Origin: Planctomycetota bacterium
Lineage (GTDB): Bacteria > Planctomycetota > Planctomycetia > Pirellulales > Pirellulaceae
Direction of reading: 5' to 3'
Length of the DNA: 64,000 nucleotides
NCBI GenBank assembly: GCA_037144155.1
Contig: JBAWXH010000008.1
Location: forward strand, 28,261-92,260
Shown here piece after piece: positions 60,137 to 64,000 of the stretch. Numbering within the stretch: the stretch's first letter is position 1; each line of letters begins with the position of its first letter. The position numbers and the translations under genes are program-made. The notes under the pieces were generated by a model. It searched no databases. It had not been told where the DNA came from and was given only the letters and a program-made list of their open reading frames with translations.

Positions 60137-61264
60137 ATGGTTTTGTTGCGAGGTCCTCAAACGAAAAAAGTTCAATTGGATCCAGATTGGCTTCTCGGTC
60201 CTGCATCTGCAACGACGTACCCTAAACCAGGGGAGCACGAATCGCATAGCGACGCAGAGAACTCGCGTCCATCTTCGCGGTCATTCGTTCAACGTTGGAG
60301 AAGAGCTTCTTTCGGAGTGCTTTTGCTGGTCGTCCTGGTGGGAGTTCTAGCCACCCAGAGAAAAGTGATTCTCGACGGGTGGTCGATACAGAATTGGAGT
60401 TCCTGGAACTTGCAGGAAGAACGCACCGAGGACACGCTTCGAACGATGATCGAACTGTCTGCCTTGGCCGCGCAATCCAATGCCAACCTGATCGATCAAT
60501 TGAGTTCTCACGACCCTGAGACACGGAGCGCAGCCTTTCAATCACTTTGCACTCGCATCGACAGCTTGGGAGCTCATCGATCTTCGGTCCCACAAAGGAT
60601 TACGATTGTTGAAATGCTTCAAGCCGTGCCGACCGACGTTGCCGAAGTCAATCGCATGCGCGGTCTTTTGGCTTCGCAATTGCTACTAGGACTCGCGTTA
60701 AACGATCCGGCGATTCAATCGGCGCGCGAAGCGTTGATCGCAATGGTGGAGCCGATTTCATCACCTTCCAAAAATCTAGATCGCAAATTGGAGACGAGCC
60801 ATACCACAGGACTCGATTCCTCCACACCAAATCCAACAACCAAAACAGCCAACCCTATTCGCGGTGTCGAGCGATTGGGGCTGCGAGATCTTCTAAGAAT
60901 GCTTCGAAGCAGCCAGTCCAAGATGGTTTCCGCCGCGACGCAAGAACTCAAGCGCCGAGGCTATGACGATTTCAATCTCGATGTGATCTTCGAACTTACG
61001 TACGGCAATGGGTCCCAGCAATTGGCATTGCTACCGCAATTGGAAAGAGTGTTTGGGGAGGATCTCGTTCCTGCATTGCAGTGGTTATCCGAAACCCCTG
61101 ATACCCGCGTGCGTACTCAAGCAATTCACATGTTGACAGAAAAGCAGAATGGGATGTTTCGAGAGAACCATCCGGACTTGCTTCACCAAACATCGAGCGA
61201 CGATCCAAACGCAACGGGGGATTTGCTGCTGGCTTCCGACGATTCCTCTGGCACACAGCGGTAG
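60137..61264 (+). CDS. Membrane-anchored HEAT-repeat-like hypothetical protein
   Basis: One TM (FGVLLLVVLVGVLA) followed by helical repeats. Confidence 0.65.
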   Translation: MVLLRGPQTKKVQLDPDWLLGPASATTYPKPGEHESHSDAENSRPSSRSFVQRWRRASFGVLLLVVLVGVLATQRKVILDGWSIQNWSSWNLQEERTEDTLRTMIELSALAAQSNANLIDQLSSHDPETRSAAFQSLCTRIDSLGAHRSSVPQRITIVEMLQAVPTDVAEVNRMRGLLASQLLLGLALNDPAIQSAREALIAMVEPISSPSKNLDRKLETSHTTGLDSSTPNPTTKTANPIRGVERLGLRDLLRMLRSSQSKMVSAATQELKRRGYDDFNLDVIFELTYGNGSQQLALLPQLERVFGEDLVPALQWLSETPDTRVRTQAIHMLTEKQNGMFRENHPDLLHQTSSDDPNATGDLLLASDDSSGTQR

Positions 61265-61296
61265 TTTGTCCCCTTCCGGGAAAAGGACTTCCAATC

Positions 61297-63519
61297 ATGG
61301 TTTTTCATTCCAATTCAACAACAGCAAAACACCTTCGATGGCTCTTCGCCACCACCTACCCATGGATTTGCTTCGGAAGCATGGTGATGCTCACCACTGG
61401 CGTTCTGCCTGCGGATGAGCCTCAGGGCCAAGTTTCAACTAAGAGTTCTTCTTCCACGCTGCCGCAAGCCAGCCATCGATTCGTGCATTCCCATCGAGCC
61501 ACCGTGCGATGTGGACCCAGCGATGAGTACTACTCCACTGCGGCGCTTGAACGGGGAACACCGGTTGAGGTCTACGTCGAAACCACCGATGGTTGGTCAG
61601 GAATTCGGCCCCCTGAAGGTAGCCATGACTGGATTCCTGCCGACTCTGTCTATCTATTGCCAGGAGCACGAATCGCCGAGGTGTCGGTGGAACGGGTGGC
61701 AGCCTGGGTCGGTTCCGATTCACCGAAGAACGAAAAGCTCCTCTACCAGACCGAATTGATTCAAACGCAAACCGTTTCGATTTTAGGAGAAGCGTATCGA
61801 GGACCAGAAGAAGATCGGAAACTGTGGTTCCGCATCGCGCCTCCCCAAGGTGAATTTCGATGGGTGCGAACCGAACATCTTGGTACGGAGCCGATTGCCA
61901 AAGAAATTTCCAAAAAGAATGTTGGGGTATCCATGACTACCTCTCCAAAGAACATCACTGGAAGCGGCGTTAAAAAAGCCTCGTACCAGCCTCCTTCGAA
62001 AGATTCCAGCAACGCCCCCACGGAATCAACCGGCGAAGGGGAAATCGTATGGTCGGACGAAACAGAGCAACTGTCGAAAATCGATCGTGAGATCGAACGT
62101 GAACAGCAGGAACTGAATCGCACCGGAAAAGGTACCGCATCTAAGTCCCCGAAAGACCCCTCGGCTACACCCAAACGAACGAGTAGTTCTCAAATCAATG
62201 CCCGCAATGCATCGAACAAAATCATTTCTTTACAAACCACCGAATCGAAGTCGAATAACCGTTCCCATATCCCTACCGAAGGGGAGCCAAAACCTAGGCC
62301 GATCACCGGACCGGAGAGTGAAGAGCAGTACTGGCAAGCGATGCAACGTCAAGCGAACCAGCGCCAAGCGAAACAACCTCAGCAACAGCAACGCGATATT
62401 CCAGCCCCGTCGGGTGCGATGGGCAATATGCTGGGTCTGCTCGGTATCAGTGTCATCGATTCGAATCCCAAGGGGGCAAATGCCCAATCAACAAACTCCC
62501 TTCATCCCATCCCTCGTAGGGAACCGACTCGTAACGCGAGTCCCGCATATGGTGATAGTTACACTTCGATCGTTAATGGATACGACCCGGCCGACGGTTC
62601 CAGCCGCCTCGATCGATTGCCTCGGCCAAGAAGCCGTTATAGCACAGCCAAACGAAATAGTTTGGTTGCGGATCGTCAAGCCGATTCATCGAGCCTGCTG
62701 AATACGATCTTGAATTCGCGCGAGCCCCTTTGGGGCAATACGGACGAAAAACGCGTGGTAGATACCGCATCCAATGATCCGGCCAGCACTCCGATCGGAG
62801 TTTCTCCACCGATCTCCGCTGTGTCGTATCTCAATCCGAATAGTTCTATGCCATTATCCGGATCGCGAAGTTCCGATTGGGAGCAACCAGAGAGATTTCA
62901 GTCACCTCAGATCCAAGAGGCATTGCTTCAGTTATCGTCCATCGTCAGTCGGCCGACCAGCGAATGGCATTTGGCTCCCGTACGAGATACGGCCCTGTTC
63001 TGGATCGAACGGGGAGAAACGCCATTGCTACGAGGAGAAGCACGCTTGCTGATGGATCGCATCGATCGATTCGAGTCGATTCGTCAGAGAACAGCGGTGA
63101 TGGGTGGAGCACCTTCCATCGCTGGGCCTATCCGAACTCCTTCCATCGGCGGGCCCATCGGTACCTTGCCAGCAGTTGCCCCCAATGCAACGATGCCAAG
63201 CAACTTCTCGGTGTCGAACGCTTCTGGGAACAACTACACTCCCACCGCACCGTACACCGAAGCTGTTCCGCAACGTACCATCGACTCTGCCTCGGAACTG
63301 TCCGGTTGGTTGGTCGCAATGCATACGTCCGTCCCCGGCCAGCCTGAATTTGCCCTAACCGACGATGCGGGGAGCTTGATTGCCTATGTTCGCTCGACGA
63401 CAGGTCTCAATCTGCGTCGTTACGTGCAGCAACCCGTCACGGTTTTCGGGACGCGCGGATACATTCCCAATTTGGCCGCCAAGCAGATCGTTGCCGATCG
63501 CGTCGTAAGGATCCGATAA
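61297..63519 (+). CDS. Secreted protein with two SH3-like domains, a disordered linker and a conserved C-terminal domain
   Basis: ATVRCGP..YYST..L..G..VEV..GW..I.PP and WFRIAPPQGEFRWV; S/T/P-rich middle. Confidence 0.7.
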   Translation: MVFHSNSTTAKHLRWLFATTYPWICFGSMVMLTTGVLPADEPQGQVSTKSSSSTLPQASHRFVHSHRATVRCGPSDEYYSTAALERGTPVEVYVETTDGWSGIRPPEGSHDWIPADSVYLLPGARIAEVSVERVAAWVGSDSPKNEKLLYQTELIQTQTVSILGEAYRGPEEDRKLWFRIAPPQGEFRWVRTEHLGTEPIAKEISKKNVGVSMTTSPKNITGSGVKKASYQPPSKDSSNAPTESTGEGEIVWSDETEQLSKIDREIEREQQELNRTGKGTASKSPKDPSATPKRTSSSQINARNASNKIISLQTTESKSNNRSHIPTEGEPKPRPITGPESEEQYWQAMQRQANQRQAKQPQQQQRDIPAPSGAMGNMLGLLGISVIDSNPKGANAQSTNSLHPIPRREPTRNASPAYGDSYTSIVNGYDPADGSSRLDRLPRPRSRYSTAKRNSLVADRQADSSSLLNTILNSREPLWGNTDEKRVVDTASNDPASTPIGVSPPISAVSYLNPNSSMPLSGSRSSDWEQPERFQSPQIQEALLQLSSIVSRPTSEWHLAPVRDTALFWIERGETPLLRGEARLLMDRIDRFESIRQRTAVMGGAPSIAGPIRTPSIGGPIGTLPAVAPNATMPSNFSVSNASGNNYTPTAPYTEAVPQRTIDSASELSGWLVAMHTSVPGQPEFALTDDAGSLIAYVRSTTGLNLRRYVQQPVTVFGTRGYIPNLAAKQIVADRVVRIR

Positions 63520-63563
63520 GGGCAGAGAAGGCACAGCCGACAAAAGCGGGACTATATCGCTAG

Positions 63564-63747
63564 TTTTGAAGTCGCGCTATTTTGGCTTCTATCGTACTCG
63601 TACTCAATGAAATGGTACTCGTACTCGTACTCGAAGATACCGCATCGAGTACGAGTACCGCTAACGCTGAGTACGAGTACGAGTACGAAAAAGCTAGGGA
63701 AAACATGGAATGGGGCTAAGAGTGGCTCGAATTGCGCAACTTCAAAA
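63564..63747. mobile_element. MITE-like element, copy 4 (184 bp, opposite orientation to copy 1)
   Basis: TTTTGAAGTCGCGC ... GCGCAACTTCAAAA with CTAG immediately outside both ends; right flank continues as a family A REP variant. Confidence 0.7.
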
Positions 63748-63892
63748 CTAGCGTCTCAGACTCATGGAAACGAAAATCGACTTCTGTCGGCTTTGTCAAA
63801 AAAGAATCTGCTCCGATTCATAGCGATTTCCGACAGAGGCAAACTGGATCGCCTGACTCGTCGCCAACTCCATGCTCAATCCAACTTTTTGT

Positions 63893-64000
63893 TTAACCCA
63901 ACGACTCGGATCGCAATCGCTGATACCGAGCGATCAATTCGTCTACCTCCGTTCGCAGGGCTGCGAGCGATCCCGAATTATCGATCGAATCGGTCGCGGC
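63893..64000 (-). CDS. coaE: C-terminal end of probable dephospho-CoA kinase (partial, enters from the right edge)
   Basis: Hand translation AATDSIDNSGSLAALRTEVDELIARYQRLRSESLG*; the IDNSGSL..L...VD motif is typical of the CoaE C-terminus. Confidence 0.6.
   Translation of the reverse strand, partial: AATDSIDNSGSLAALRTEVDELIARYQRLRSESLG

Noticed and set aside
1-64000. Prophage, integron, DGR/retron, toxin-antitoxin or defence island
   Set aside because: No integrase, reverse transcriptase, transposase, nuclease or phage structural motif was recognised in any ORF

Overview
Bacterial chromosome window, almost certainly Planctomycetota (Pirellulaceae-like). The markers are a DUF1559 prepilin-like protein, a PVC-type CxxCH heme protein, a DUF1598-like protein, a PQQ-like propeller and a Ser/Thr kinase-RDD fusion. 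About 47 protein genes are supportable, mostly housekeeping or typical planctomycete genes (pepA, kynU, ppc, yidD, RND pair, bcp, dapB, hflX, ECF sigma, FHA-GAF-sigma54 activator, 3' end of a probable coaE). I found no rRNA, tRNA, CRISPR array, integrase or transposase. The most unusual signal is intergenic: a nested, modular repeat system. It has (i) a 21-bp REP-like unit TCGGCTAGCGCCTCAGGCTCA at 5 loci; (ii) a 177-184 bp MITE-like element with 14-bp terminal inverted repeats (TTTTGAAGTYGCGC) that sits inside that REP unit with direct duplications at its CTAG; and (iii) a branched hairpin core built from GAGTAC hexamers (4 copies). The core's central loop is inverted in one copy, and its side hairpin keeps its stem while the loop varies. 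One insertion abuts a broken DUF1801/YdhG-like gene remnant that is absent from the ORF track. All family assignments come from motif recognition by eye and still need database searches.
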